From the NCBI GenBank assembly GCA_043804695.1, contig JAZDIV010000027.1, forward strand, positions 1-42,601: a stretch of DNA of 42,601 bases. Reading direction: 5' to 3'. The notes below the pieces were generated by a model. It made no database searches. It was not told where the DNA came from and saw nothing but the letters and a program-made list of their open reading frames with translations. Source of the DNA: PVC group bacterium (GTDB taxonomy: Bacteria; Auribacterota; Erginobacteria; Erginobacterales; Erginobacteraceae). The first letter of the stretch is position 1; each line of letters begins with the position of its first letter. Positions 1 through 9,258 of this stretch are shown here, piece by piece. The translations under genes were made by a program, and so were the position numbers.

Positions 1-852
1 CCCCGCCCCCAGCAGTTTGCCGCCCAGAGCGCCGTTCTCCAGGGCTCTCTCATAATATATATCAATCCCTCCGCTGCTGATCTTATCCGTGAGGGAGCGC
101 TTGAGGAGCCACCCCTCGTGGAGGGTGCGGGCAAACCCTCTCAGGTCCCCGGCAATTAAATAATCGCGCATCTCGAAAGCAAGCTCGGCCATCCGGCCCA
201 TGTTCTCAAACTTTTTTTCGGAGAGCGAGACCTGTTCCCGCTGATCTCCCAATACTTCCCCCGTCCGGCGCTGCTCGCCGGTGTAAAAGAGCAGGAGGTT
301 TTTTTCCAGCTTGACGATGTTCTCCTTGGGGAGCGAAAGCGGGGTAACGACCACGGACTCATCGGAGTTGAACTCGATAAAGTTCAGGCCCCCGTAGGCG
401 GCGGCGTACTGGTCCTGCTTGCCGATCGGCTCTCCCAGCCGGTCAATCTCGATCTCGCACGCCTTGCCCGCCAGTTTATCCTTGCTGCAGAAGGTCCCGC
501 GATAGGCGTAGACGGCGTGGAGGAGGGCCACCGTAAAGGAACTGGACGATCCAAGACCGGTCCCGGAGGGGATGTCGGCGGTGGAGACGATCTCCACCCC
601 GCCCTGAGGCCATAATTCTTTTAAAACTTCCCGGAAAACGGGATGCTTGATCTCTGCCGGGGCGTCGACCAGCTCATTCTGTGAATACTTGAGCAGGGTC
701 TGCCGGGCATTGAAATACGGATGGACCGAGATGTAGATATACTTGTCGATCGCGGCGGAGAGCACCGCGCCGCGGCGCCGGTGATAGAAAAAAGGGATAT
801 CCGTGCCCCCTCCGGCAAAACTGACCCTGAACGGCGCGCAGGAAATTATCAT
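1..852 (-). CDS. hddA: GHMP-family sugar kinase, D-glycero-D-manno-heptose-7-phosphate kinase-like (3' end runs off the window)
   Basis: Not in the ORF track because there is no stop in the window. Manual translation from the ATG at 852 gives MIISCAPFRVSFAGGGTDIPFFY..., then ADIPSGTGLGSSS, GKQDQYAAAYGG and GALGGKLLGAG, all HddA/GHMP motifs. Confidence 0.85.
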   Translation of the reverse strand, partial: MIISCAPFRVSFAGGGTDIPFFYHRRRGAVLSAAIDKYIYISVHPYFNARQTLLKYSQNELVDAPAEIKHPVFREVLKELWPQGGVEIVSTADIPSGTGLGSSSSFTVALLHAVYAYRGTFCSKDKLAGKACEIEIDRLGEPIGKQDQYAAAYGGLNFIEFNSDESVVVTPLSLPKENIVKLEKNLLLFYTGEQRRTGEVLGDQREQVSLSEKKFENMGRMAELAFEMRDYLIAGDLRGFARTLHEGWLLKRSLTDKISSGGIDIYYERALENGALGGKLLGAG

Positions 853-936
853 ATCGTTTCCGGCCTCCGGTGCGGTTTTTCCGTCACCCGAAAGAAGCTT
901 ATTCTGAAAAAATGAAAATTCCAAGGATATTCCAGG

Positions 937-2259
937 TTACAAGCCCTTTCCGGGTTCCGGTTTTGAAAACCCCGTTATCCGGGCCACCGCTTGCGACAGA
1001 TCGCCGCAGCGCTCATCCGGTTCCACCGGATACCGGCCGTCGCTCCCTCCGTAACCGGTGGCGACGAGGACGCTTTTGATCCCGGTCCGACGGGCGGTCT
1101 CCAGGTCCACCGTGGTGTCCCCGATCATCCAGGACGAAGAGAGGTCAATATTGAACTCCCGGCGGGCCCGCTCGATCAGGAGGGTCCCGGGTTTGCGGCA
1201 TTCGCAGGGAATTTTCAGATCGGGGACTTCCCCCGGGAAACCGCGGTCGGGGTGGTGGGGGCAGAAATAGATCGCGTCCAGCCGGGCGCCTTTTCGTCCC
1301 AGCAAAGTCTCCAATTTGTTGTGGATGACGCCGAGTTCGGCAATGGTGCAGATCCCCCGGGCGATTACCGGCTGGTTGGTGACCATAATGGCCAGGTAGC
1401 CCGCCGCGTTGATGTCTCGCAGGGCTTCCGCCGCGCCCGGCAGCAGTTCAAGGTCCTCCGGCCGGCAAAGATGCCCGACCTCCCGGACCAGGACGCCGTC
1501 CCGATCGAGGAAAACCGCCGGGCGGGGGTTTTCCCGGCGCATCCGGGCGGCCTTCCCCGAGTCCCAGTCTTCGATCACTTCCGGGTAACGGTCCGGGGTC
1601 CCGGCATCCTTGATGTATTCGGCGGTCCGGTAAGCATGAAGGTACAGTCCTCTTTGCAGCGCCTCCGGGAAGATATCCCGCGCGCAGTCGGTCGGGCGCC
1701 CTTCGGGAATGCATCGGAGGAGGGCCGGGCCCAGCACATAGACGCCCGCGTTGGTCAGGTTGGGGAGCCAGGCCCCCTCCGGGTGCGGCTTGGGGAGAAA
1801 CCGAACCACCCGCATCTCTCCGTCAACCTCCAGTAAATCGCTGTCGAAGGGGTGGTCGCTGGAATGGACCGCCAGGGTGGCGGCGGCAGCGGAGCTCCGG
1901 TGGCGGCGGATCATCTCCGCCAGGTCCATCCAGACCATCACGTCGCCATAGAGGACCAGCAAAGCTTGGTCGGCTTTCGGGAAGGCGCGGCGGAGGCAGC
2001 CGGCGGTCCCCAGGGGGACGGCTTCGCCCGAGTAGCTTATCTTCGCCCCCCACCGGCGGCCGTCGCCGAAATAGTCCGCGATGACGGGGGAGAGGTGCCG
2101 GGTGCAGAGGGTGATATCCCTGATCCCGGACTGCCGGAGGAGCTCAATCTGGTGCTCGAGGATCGGCTTGCCCCCGATGGGAAGCATCGGCTTGGGGATG
2201 GTCTCCGATATCTTCCCCATCCTGGTTCCGGTTCCCCCCGCGATAATGGCCGCCTTCAT
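937..2259 (-). CDS. Fused sugar-1-phosphate nucleotidyltransferase (HddC-like) and HAD heptose-bisphosphate phosphatase (GmhB-like)
   Basis: N-terminal AGGTGTRM...PKPML NTP-transferase motif. C-terminal FLDRDGVL, VTNQP, CPHHP..CECRKPG and MIGD motifs of GmhB. Confidence 0.9.
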   Translation of the reverse strand: MKAAIIAGGTGTRMGKISETIPKPMLPIGGKPILEHQIELLRQSGIRDITLCTRHLSPVIADYFGDGRRWGAKISYSGEAVPLGTAGCLRRAFPKADQALLVLYGDVMVWMDLAEMIRRHRSSAAAATLAVHSSDHPFDSDLLEVDGEMRVVRFLPKPHPEGAWLPNLTNAGVYVLGPALLRCIPEGRPTDCARDIFPEALQRGLYLHAYRTAEYIKDAGTPDRYPEVIEDWDSGKAARMRRENPRPAVFLDRDGVLVREVGHLCRPEDLELLPGAAEALRDINAAGYLAIMVTNQPVIARGICTIAELGVIHNKLETLLGRKGARLDAIYFCPHHPDRGFPGEVPDLKIPCECRKPGTLLIERARREFNIDLSSSWMIGDTTVDLETARRTGIKSVLVATGYGGSDGRYPVEPDERCGDLSQAVARITGFSKPEPGKGL

Positions 2260-2260
2260 T

Positions 2261-2292
2261 ATAAATTAGCTCGCTTCGCTCGCAAATTTATA
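2261..2292. repeat. 32-bp palindromic repeat, copy 1 (ATAAATTAGC family)
   Basis: Its reverse complement matches 21154-21185 at 29 of 32 positions. Confidence 0.7.
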
Positions 2293-2515
2293 CTGGACCC
2301 CCGACGCCAGCGTCGGGGGTCTGCTGGTTAAACTGAAATAAATTAATCGAGGCAACAACATAAAAAAGCCTTTTAAACTTTTGCCGGCGTTTGTTTCCCG
2401 GAATACAATTCTTCTGTTTATTTAAAATAAACCATTCTGATTTTTTCGGAGAAAAAATCAGATTATTGTGCGCCAGAGGCGCATCAGCCTCAGGCTGAAA
2501 ATTCCGAAGCAGCAC

Positions 2516-2580
2516 GTTAGCTTCGCAACTGTGGGAGGGCTTTCCAAGCCCAACAATCGGGGTTAATAACCCCCCCCACA
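2516..2580. repeat. REP-like dimer (GTGGGAGGGCTTTCCAAGCCC family)
   Basis: Near-identical to 17583-17660, including the GTTAGCTYCGCAACT leader. The two arms are inverted. Confidence 0.75.
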
Positions 2581-2587
2581 ATACAGT

Positions 2588-2735
2588 TATTAGTCAGTCC
2601 ATAATTGTATGGACATGTCATTGCGAGGAGCGGAGCGACGAAGCAATCTCAACTCCATGCACAGCAAGAGATTGCTTCGCTGCGCTCGCAATGACCGCAA
2701 TCGTTGATGTAAATACTACCACGGTCGGATTAATA
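2588..2735. mobile_element. MITE-like element, copy 1, carrying a GTCATTGCGA REP dimer (2617-2695)
   Basis: Colinear with 16315-16500. Ends TATTAGTCAGTCC / GGTCGGATTAATA are imperfect inverted repeats with terminal TA. Confidence 0.7.
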
Positions 2736-2833
2736 TTGTCATAGATACGGCTTTAGACGTGTCGCAGATGCGGCCTTAGACGCAAAATTCCGGAGCAGGC
2801 ATTAGCCCTCTTCGTTGGCTCATGGAGACTGCA

Positions 2834-3787
2834 TTATGATAGGTTAAGCGTCTCCCGGACGGCGGCCCGGATCGCTTTGTCCGAGGTGACACGGGGGCGC
2901 CAGCCGAGTTTTTTAATCCGGGAAAGATCATACCGGTAGCGGGGGATGTCGCCTTCCCAGCCGCCCGCCCCGCCGGTGAAGTCGAACGGGATCTCCCCCA
3001 GTCCCATCTCCTTGACCACGATTTCGGCGATCCGCCGGACGGTGGTCCTGGTCTCCACGCCGATATTGAGACAGTTTACGGTCCCCGACAACCTTCGGCA
3101 GCCGAGCAGCATGGCGTCGATCAGGTCCCGGACGTGCAGGTAGGGCTTGCACTGTTCCCCATCGCCCAGGATGGCGAGCCGAGTGGGATCGTCCCGGAGT
3201 TTGTCGATGAAGTCGTGGACCACTCCGTGGGTCATCCGGCTGCCCACGACATTGGGAAACCGGTATATCCAGGCGCGCATCGCGAACCGGTGCGCAAAAG
3301 CCGAGGTGTAGGATTCGCCGGCGTTCTTGGCGGCGCCGTAGAAAGAGACCGGCCGGAGCGGGCCGTGGTCCTCGTCGATTTCCCCATCCACCTCCCCGTA
3401 GATGGCCGAGCTGCTGGCAAAGACGAATTCCCTGACGTTGAATTTCTTCATCGCGTCAAGGACCCGGAAGGTGGTCAGAAAGGTCAGGCTGAGGTCGCGG
3501 TCGCTCTCCCGGCTCCCCCGCTGGATGTCCGAGTTGGCGGCCATGTGGAAGACGGTCTTGAAGCCTCCATTTTGAAAAAGGGGATCGAGGGCGCCCGGGT
3601 CGAGGATATCCCCCCGGATAAATGCGAAATCCGGGTTTCCCAGGGCAGGTTTCAGGTTCTCCCGGCGGCCCAGGCTGAGGTCGTCAATCGCGGTCACGGT
3701 GGCCCCCTCCGTCAGGAGGCGGTCGCAGAGATGGGAGCCGATGAACCCGGCGGCCCCGGTCACCAGGATGCGGGCTTTCTCTTTCAT
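2834..3787 (-). CDS. NAD-dependent epimerase/dehydratase (extended SDR, GalE-like)
   Basis: TGAAGFIG, SSSAIYG and YGAAK motifs. ATG 3787 preferred over 3814. Confidence 0.9.
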   Translation of the reverse strand: MKEKARILVTGAAGFIGSHLCDRLLTEGATVTAIDDLSLGRRENLKPALGNPDFAFIRGDILDPGALDPLFQNGGFKTVFHMAANSDIQRGSRESDRDLSLTFLTTFRVLDAMKKFNVREFVFASSSAIYGEVDGEIDEDHGPLRPVSFYGAAKNAGESYTSAFAHRFAMRAWIYRFPNVVGSRMTHGVVHDFIDKLRDDPTRLAILGDGEQCKPYLHVRDLIDAMLLGCRRLSGTVNCLNIGVETRTTVRRIAEIVVKEMGLGEIPFDFTGGAGGWEGDIPRYRYDLSRIKKLGWRPRVTSDKAIRAAVRETLNLS

Positions 3788-3923
3788 TTGAATAAATCGG
3801 ATTGGGCCATCCATTTTCAGTTCTGGATCAAGAGAAAAAGGCCGGCGTACCCGGCCCGTCGTCAGTTTGCGGGGAAGACCGACCGGCCACCGGAAGAAGC
3901 GGGAATACCGGCGGCCATAACCC

Positions 3924-5030
3924 TCAAGACGACTGGTACCGGCTGCTTATGCACGCCGCGACATAATCTATCTGATCCTCCCTGAGGTGCTGGTGAACCG
4001 GGAGGGAGATGATTCGCTTTGCCTGATCTTCCGCCACCGGGAAATCACCTTCATGATAGCCGTACTTTTTCGTCGCTTCCATCAGGTGAATGGGGATGGG
4101 GTAGTGAATCTTGGTCTCCACGCCTTTCTCTGCGAGAAAGGCGATCAGTTCGTCCCGGTTTTCGACCTGAATGACATAGGTATGGAACGCCTGCAGGACC
4201 CTGGCTCTCCGGGCGGGAATTTTCACCCACTCCAGCAAATCCGACAGACCATCGTCATAGCGGAAGGCATGGCGGTTCCGCTTCTCTGTCACTTCCCGGA
4301 TATGGGCTATTTGGAGATCGGCCACCGCCGCCTTGATCGAATCCAGGCGGCAGTTGTACGCGAAGAACCGCGCTTCATCCCGATTCTTTAAACCATGATT
4401 CCTGTAGAGCAGCAATTGCTGATAGTAATCCTCCGAGTCAGTGGTGATCACCCCGCCGTCGCCGCAGGTGTTAAGGTTTTTAAGCGGATGGAGACTGAAG
4501 GCCGAGAGGTCGGCCAGCGACCCGACCTTCCTGCCGTTCAGGGATGCGTCAACAGCCTGGGCGGCGTCCGCGACGACGGAAAGGCCGTGCTTTTCCGCAA
4601 TGACGTTGATCTCGTCCATCCGGGCCGGGTTGCCGGTCAGGTGGACGGGAACGATCGCCCTTGTTCTTCGATTGATGGCCTCCCTGATTCTCTCTGGATC
4701 GATATTATAATCATCCGCCACGTCAACCAGGCGGGGGAAGGCGCCGGTCTGAACGATCGCGCCCACCGTGGCCAAGAAGGTGTTGGGGACGGTGATCACC
4801 TCGTCCCCTTCCCCGATCCCCAACACTTTCAAGGCCAGGAAGAGGGCGTCGGTCCCGGAGCTGACGCCGACGGCATGCTGAACCCCGCACAGCTCGGCGA
4901 AATGGCGCTCGAACCGCTCGACCGCCGGGCCCAAGATAAACTGCCCGGTGTCCAATATCTCATGAACAACCCGCCGGATCTCTTTGTTCTCTTTAAATTG
5001 GGCCGCGAGGTCCAGATAAGGTACTTTCAT
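3924..5030 (-). CDS. DegT/DnrJ/EryC1/StrS PLP-dependent sugar aminotransferase
   Basis: SSGTDAL, PVHLTG, DAAQA and SLHPLKNL..GDGG motifs. Confidence 0.93.
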   Translation of the reverse strand: MKVPYLDLAAQFKENKEIRRVVHEILDTGQFILGPAVERFERHFAELCGVQHAVGVSSGTDALFLALKVLGIGEGDEVITVPNTFLATVGAIVQTGAFPRLVDVADDYNIDPERIREAINRRTRAIVPVHLTGNPARMDEINVIAEKHGLSVVADAAQAVDASLNGRKVGSLADLSAFSLHPLKNLNTCGDGGVITTDSEDYYQQLLLYRNHGLKNRDEARFFAYNCRLDSIKAAVADLQIAHIREVTEKRNRHAFRYDDGLSDLLEWVKIPARRARVLQAFHTYVIQVENRDELIAFLAEKGVETKIHYPIPIHLMEATKKYGYHEGDFPVAEDQAKRIISLPVHQHLREDQIDYVAACISSRYQSS

Positions 5031-5121
5031 CTATTATTTTCCTCCGGGAAATAATTTCCATGAATAATCCGTGGTAATGTACATTAACGTCCATTACAAG
5101 CCCCCTTTTGTCAATACTTCT

Positions 5122-5273
5122 GAGGCTGTCCGATAAGATAAAAATGGTATTTGCAGGCTTTTGGGAGACCCTTGTCGCGTCTCATTAATAAATAGATTAA
5201 GACTCAGACTGGCGTTTCAGGCTACCAGCAAGATGCGTTCTCCGTTCGTTTGTGAGGGTTGCCGGATAGCCTC
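5122..5273. mobile_element. MITE-like element with GAGGCTGTCCGA-type terminal inverted repeats
   Basis: Left end GAGGCTGTCCGATAA. Right end reverse-complements to GAGGCTATCCGGCAA. The same end type bounds 24478-24677. Confidence 0.5.
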
Positions 5274-5327
5274 CTCTTCTCTGGCTTCGCGCTTCGGGAA
5301 GCTTAAATGCGCGGCTGTCACACACAT

Positions 5328-6449
5328 TTAAAAGTTCCGGTAAAAATCCCGGACAGCGGAGATAACATAGCCGATCTGTTCTTTCGAGAGGTGCTGGTGG
5401 ACAGGAAGCGTGATTAGGGACCGGCACTGCGCCTCGGTCCGGGAGAGATCCGTACGGCCGAAGGGCGGATCCTGGTCGAGGGAAGCTTTCTGGAGATGGT
5501 TGGGTATGGGGTAGTGGACCTTGGCCTCGACGCCGGCGGCGATCAGGTGTTTGAGCAGTCCGTCCCGGCGCTCGGCCAGGACCATGTACATATGGAAGAC
5601 ATGGCGGGCGCCGGCCCGCCGCGGCGGGACAGTGATAAACTTTGAAAGCGGCGGAGTGGAGAAGGCCTCGTCATACCGGCGGGCGCTGGCTCTGCGTTGA
5701 TCGGTAATCTCGTCTATCCGCGGGTAAAGGTAATTGCCAACGACCGCCTGGATGGTATCGAGACGGGCATTGTAGCCGTAGATCTCGACCTCGTCCCGGC
5801 CGTGGAGACCGTGGTTGCGCAGGAGCAGGATTTTGCGGCAAACTTCTTCCGAGTTGGTGACAATGAACCCGCCGTCGCCCCAGACATTGAGGTTTTTCAG
5901 AGGATGGACGCTGAAGGCCCCGCCGATGCCGAAGGTGCCGGCGTGCTTGCCATCGATTCCGGCGCTGATGGCGCAGCAGGAATCTTCCACGACCGGCAGG
6001 CCGTGACGGTCCGCGACGGCCAAGATCTCATCCATCCGCGGCGGCGCTCCCGAATACCAGACCGGCATGATCGCCTTGGTCCGCCTGGTGATGGCGGCCT
6101 CCAGCAAAGACGGATCGATCGTAAAGTCATCGAGGACATCCACGTAAAAGGGCCGCGCCCCCACCGCCACAATCGAGCCGATGGTGGCGATAAAGGTCTG
6201 GGAGACCGTGATCACCTCGTCCCCCTCCCCCGCCCCGGCGGCCTTCAGGAGCATCGAGAGGGCCACCGTCCCCGAGGAGGTCCCCAGGCAATAACGCGCG
6301 CCGGTGTAGCGGGCCATCTTCTCCTCGAACTCCTCGAGTTCGGGGCCGAAGGTGTATTGGTGGTGCGTGAGTAAGGTCCCCCGGAGCTTGTCAAATATCG
6401 GCGCCGGATCGGCAAACTGTTCCGCCAGGTATGAATATGGCACTTTCAT
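5328..6449 (-). CDS. DegT/DnrJ/EryC1/StrS aminotransferase (paralog of 3924-5030)
   Basis: SSGTVAL and SVHPLKNLNVWGDGG motifs. Shares the MKVPY start and RNHGL with the neighbouring gene. Confidence 0.93.
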   Translation of the reverse strand: MKVPYSYLAEQFADPAPIFDKLRGTLLTHHQYTFGPELEEFEEKMARYTGARYCLGTSSGTVALSMLLKAAGAGEGDEVITVSQTFIATIGSIVAVGARPFYVDVLDDFTIDPSLLEAAITRRTKAIMPVWYSGAPPRMDEILAVADRHGLPVVEDSCCAISAGIDGKHAGTFGIGGAFSVHPLKNLNVWGDGGFIVTNSEEVCRKILLLRNHGLHGRDEVEIYGYNARLDTIQAVVGNYLYPRIDEITDQRRASARRYDEAFSTPPLSKFITVPPRRAGARHVFHMYMVLAERRDGLLKHLIAAGVEAKVHYPIPNHLQKASLDQDPPFGRTDLSRTEAQCRSLITLPVHQHLSKEQIGYVISAVRDFYRNF

Positions 6450-6468
6450 GGGCTATCCTCTATAAAGG

Positions 6469-6491
6469 CCGTAATCCGTAATCAGTGATTA
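6469..6491. repeat. Solo arm of the ATC(A/C)GTR 7-mer array
   Basis: CCGTA ATCCGTA ATCAGTG ATTA, overlapping the stop codon of 6489-7487. Confidence 0.55.
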
Positions 6492-7487
6492 CCGAAGGTT
6501 AATCTCCTTCATCCGCTTGATATTGAAGTAGAGCGGGTTGTTCAGGGGATCCTTGAGGCGGCCGTCCTCGAGCGCCGCCTTCAGCTCCCTGACCGCTTCC
6601 TCGATGGTCCGGCGGGGCGCGAAACCAAGTTCCTCTTTGATCTTTTTCGAGGAGATGTGATAGGAGCGGGGATCGTTGGTCGGCTCGACGACAATTTCCA
6701 CGTCATCGCCGACAATCCTTTTTACCTGCCCGGCCAACTCGCTGACCGTGAAATTTTCATAGCCGGCGTTGAATATGTGCCGGTTTATCTTCTCGTCCGG
6801 CCATTCCAACGATTTGACATAGAGATCGGTCACGTCGGCGATATGGATGTTGGGCCGCTTCTGCGGGCCGCCGGTAACGATAATGCGCCGGAGGTTGACG
6901 GCGTGGTTTGCCAGGATGTTGACGATCAAATCGAGCCGCTGGCGGGGGGAATAGCCGCAGACGGTGGCCGGGCGCAGGACCAGGCAGACGAAATCATGGT
7001 CGGCGTGTTTGAGCAGCGCCGCTTCGCACATCAGCTTGAATTTTGAATAGTCCGTCAGCGGGTCGCAGGTCATCTCCTCGGAGACATTGTCGCATTCTTT
7101 GACGCCGTAAACGCTGGAGGTGGAGGCGTAGATAAATCTCTTAACCCCTCTGGCCTTGGCCAGTTTGACCAGCGGCTCGAAGCAATCATAGTTGATGGAT
7201 CTGCCCAGTTCCGGATCGAGTTCAAAGCTGGGATCGTTGGAGATGCAGGCTAAATGAATTACCGCGTCGACACCCTTGAGTTCACGGCCCAGCAGATGAA
7301 GATCGCGCACATCCCCTTTCACCATCGTCAGGGCAGGATCATCCTTTACCGCGTCAAAGACGTCTTCACCATAGATGAAAAGATCGTAAACTTTTACCCG
7401 GTAACCCTGTTTCAAAAGTTTCGGGACCAGCACGGCGCCCACGTATCCGCCCCCGCCGATGACCATAACATTGTTGAATCGTTTCAA
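6489..7487 (-). CDS. NAD-dependent epimerase/dehydratase (extended SDR)
   Basis: GGGGYVG, HLACISNDPS, STSSVYG and YSKFK motifs. TTG start at 7487 has an AAGGAG RBS. Confidence 0.9.
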   Translation of the reverse strand: MKRFNNVMVIGGGGYVGAVLVPKLLKQGYRVKVYDLFIYGEDVFDAVKDDPALTMVKGDVRDLHLLGRELKGVDAVIHLACISNDPSFELDPELGRSINYDCFEPLVKLAKARGVKRFIYASTSSVYGVKECDNVSEEMTCDPLTDYSKFKLMCEAALLKHADHDFVCLVLRPATVCGYSPRQRLDLIVNILANHAVNLRRIIVTGGPQKRPNIHIADVTDLYVKSLEWPDEKINRHIFNAGYENFTVSELAGQVKRIVGDDVEIVVEPTNDPRSYHISSKKIKEELGFAPRRTIEEAVRELKAALEDGRLKDPLNNPLYFNIKRMKEINLR

Positions 7488-7541
7488 AGCTGACTCCTTA
7501 CATAGTTGCTTTATCAAACACAATTTTTATACATAAGAGTA

Positions 7542-7569
7542 ATCAGTAAGCAGTTTTCAGTAATCAGTA
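7542..7569. repeat. 7-mer tandem array downstream of the four-helix-bundle gene
   Basis: ATCAGTA AGCAGTT TTCAGTA ATCAGTA, the inverse of 8041-8082. Confidence 0.8.
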
Positions 7570-7586
7570 TTTTCCTGCCCAATAAT

Positions 7587-8018
7587 TCAGGGACTGAATT
7601 GAGCTGTTTCCTCTAATTGACATATTTCCTTCTCTTCTTTCGCGAACTTTCCGCAGAATTGAGATGATTTACGGATCATGCCGTGAAGCATTTTCCCTAT
7701 CTCTTCATGTCTGCCAAGTAATTCCCGGTTTTTTGAAATATCAATATATTCGCAATCTAATGAAGTATCGAGCCAGTGCTGGGTTTCCTGTTGTTCCCCA
7801 TCAGCATCGGTTAGCTTGCTTATAAAATGAGCTTCGTATTTTCTCTTTGCCCACGCCTCGGCGATCTGAGCTCCTACTGACCTGGAGGATTTCCGGATTT
7901 GAGATATCAAAGAATATTTTTCCTCTTTGGGGAAAGTCTTCGTCAGTTCAAAAATTTCCTTAGCCAGTTGTCGGGCCAGTTTATACACCTTGAGATCCCG
8001 ATAACTTTTAACATACAT
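7587..8018 (-). CDS. Four helix bundle protein (23S rRNA intervening-sequence protein / S23 family)
   Basis: YRDLKVYKLA...FPKEEKYSLISQIRKSSRSVGAQIAEAW.KR.Y..HFISKL.DADGE..ET..WL signature. GGGAG RBS before ATG 8018. AT-richer than its neighbours. Confidence 0.92.
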   Translation of the reverse strand: MYVKSYRDLKVYKLARQLAKEIFELTKTFPKEEKYSLISQIRKSSRSVGAQIAEAWAKRKYEAHFISKLTDADGEQQETQHWLDTSLDCEYIDISKNRELLGRHEEIGKMLHGMIRKSSQFCGKFAKEEKEICQLEETAQFSP

Positions 8019-8040
8019 CTTTATTCTCCCGCTCACCGGT

Positions 8041-8082
8041 TACTGATTACTGATAACTGATCACTGATTACTGATCACTGAT
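8041..8082. repeat. 7-mer tandem array (6 x NACTGAT) upstream of the four-helix-bundle gene
   Basis: TACTGAT TACTGAT AACTGAT CACTGAT TACTGAT CACTGAT. Confidence 0.9.
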
Positions 8083-8092
8083 CGCCTGCTTA

Positions 8093-9130
8093 TCACCTCA
8101 GCTGCCTCACCCAGTTCATAATACTGCCCATGTTCAGCGAAAACAACAAATTCGCCTCCACCCCGCAGGCCATCGTGCAGGAGCGGCACTCCGGCAGCGG
8201 CTTGATTATTTTCCAGGCTTCGGCAAAGCCGATATCCCGTACGTCAACTCCTTCCACCCGCCCCACACCCATCCCGCATGAATACAGTTTGCCGTCGGCT
8301 TCAAGGTGGGCGGTGGCCTTCCCCGCCCAGCAGCGGTAAAGCGGAGACGGCGCGGGGCTGGTGACATCGTCGCCCCCAGGCCAACTGAGGGCGTTTTCAA
8401 GATACGGCAACGATCCGCCCACCGGCGCGGCAGCCCGTTTGAGTTCGATCAAACGCTCAAGCGCCGATCGCCGTTCCTCGCCGGTTAAAACCAGGTCGGC
8501 GATCTCCTTGCGGGCGGGATGAAAGTGCGCTTGAGGTTCTTCGAAATGGTCGAGCAGAACGAAATTAGCCAGGATCTTTCGAGAACGGGCGTGCTCTATG
8601 ATTTCATCAATGCAGGGGGCGTTAACCGTCGTGAGAACGGTGTTGGTCCAGGTTGCTATCCCTTTTGCCTGCAGGGCGTCCAGCGCCGCCAGCGCTGTTT
8701 GATGACTCCCCTCCCCTCTTAAATAGTCGTGCGCCTTTTGCGGGCCGTCATAGGATACCTGGACAACGTCGGCCGGGACCAATTCATTTACCCGCTCCGG
8801 CACCTGGAAGCCGTTGGTGGAAATACCCGCGAACATGCCCAGCGACTTCGCGCGATCCAAGACGATGCCGACGTCCTTTCTCAGCATCGGCTCGCCGCCG
8901 GTGAACTGCACCCGCCGTGTCCCCGCCGTCCGCATCTCTTGCAAAACCTTTAACAAATCTTCCGTGGTCCAGAAATCCGGACAGGAAAGACGGTCGAAGC
9001 GGCAGTAGCGGCAGCGGCCGGGACAACGGTTGGTCAGGCCGATATGAACGCTCAGCGGAACCCGCCGGGATGGGATAAGGTTCATCAGGATGACTTCCTT
9101 CCCGATCGCGATTGTGTTCCCGAGTTTCAT
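8093..9130 (-). CDS. Radical SAM protein with twitch/SPASM-type C-terminus
   Basis: CPGRCRYC, GGEP and SYDG motifs. C-terminal CWAG...YSC...CRSCTMAC. Confidence 0.88.
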   Translation of the reverse strand: MKLGNTIAIGKEVILMNLIPSRRVPLSVHIGLTNRCPGRCRYCRFDRLSCPDFWTTEDLLKVLQEMRTAGTRRVQFTGGEPMLRKDVGIVLDRAKSLGMFAGISTNGFQVPERVNELVPADVVQVSYDGPQKAHDYLRGEGSHQTALAALDALQAKGIATWTNTVLTTVNAPCIDEIIEHARSRKILANFVLLDHFEEPQAHFHPARKEIADLVLTGEERRSALERLIELKRAAAPVGGSLPYLENALSWPGGDDVTSPAPSPLYRCWAGKATAHLEADGKLYSCGMGVGRVEGVDVRDIGFAEAWKIIKPLPECRSCTMACGVEANLLFSLNMGSIMNWVRQLR

Positions 9131-9147
9131 TGGATTAGTCTGAGGAT

Positions 9148-9228
9148 GTCATCGCGAGCCCCGAAGGGGCGAAGCGATCTCGACTTTCTTTCAAAGGTTT
9201 TAGATTGCTTCGCTCCGCTCGCAATGAC
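9148..9228. repeat. GTCATTGCGA-family REP dimer
   Basis: GTCATCGCGA-GCCCCGAAGGGGC-GAAGCGATCT ... AGATTGCTTCGCTCCGCTCGCAATGAC. Confidence 0.85.
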
Positions 9229-9258
9229 TATGTTTCAATCCATACTCTACTTTCGTTG

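Noticed and set aside
2288..2581. 97-aa ORF in the intergenic region
   Set aside because: Made of REP and palindrome sequence, with no RBS or protein motif.
7587..8018. Diversity-generating retroelement (Avd-like gene)
   Set aside because: There is no reverse transcriptase and no TR/VR pair with adenine-specific mismatches in the window.
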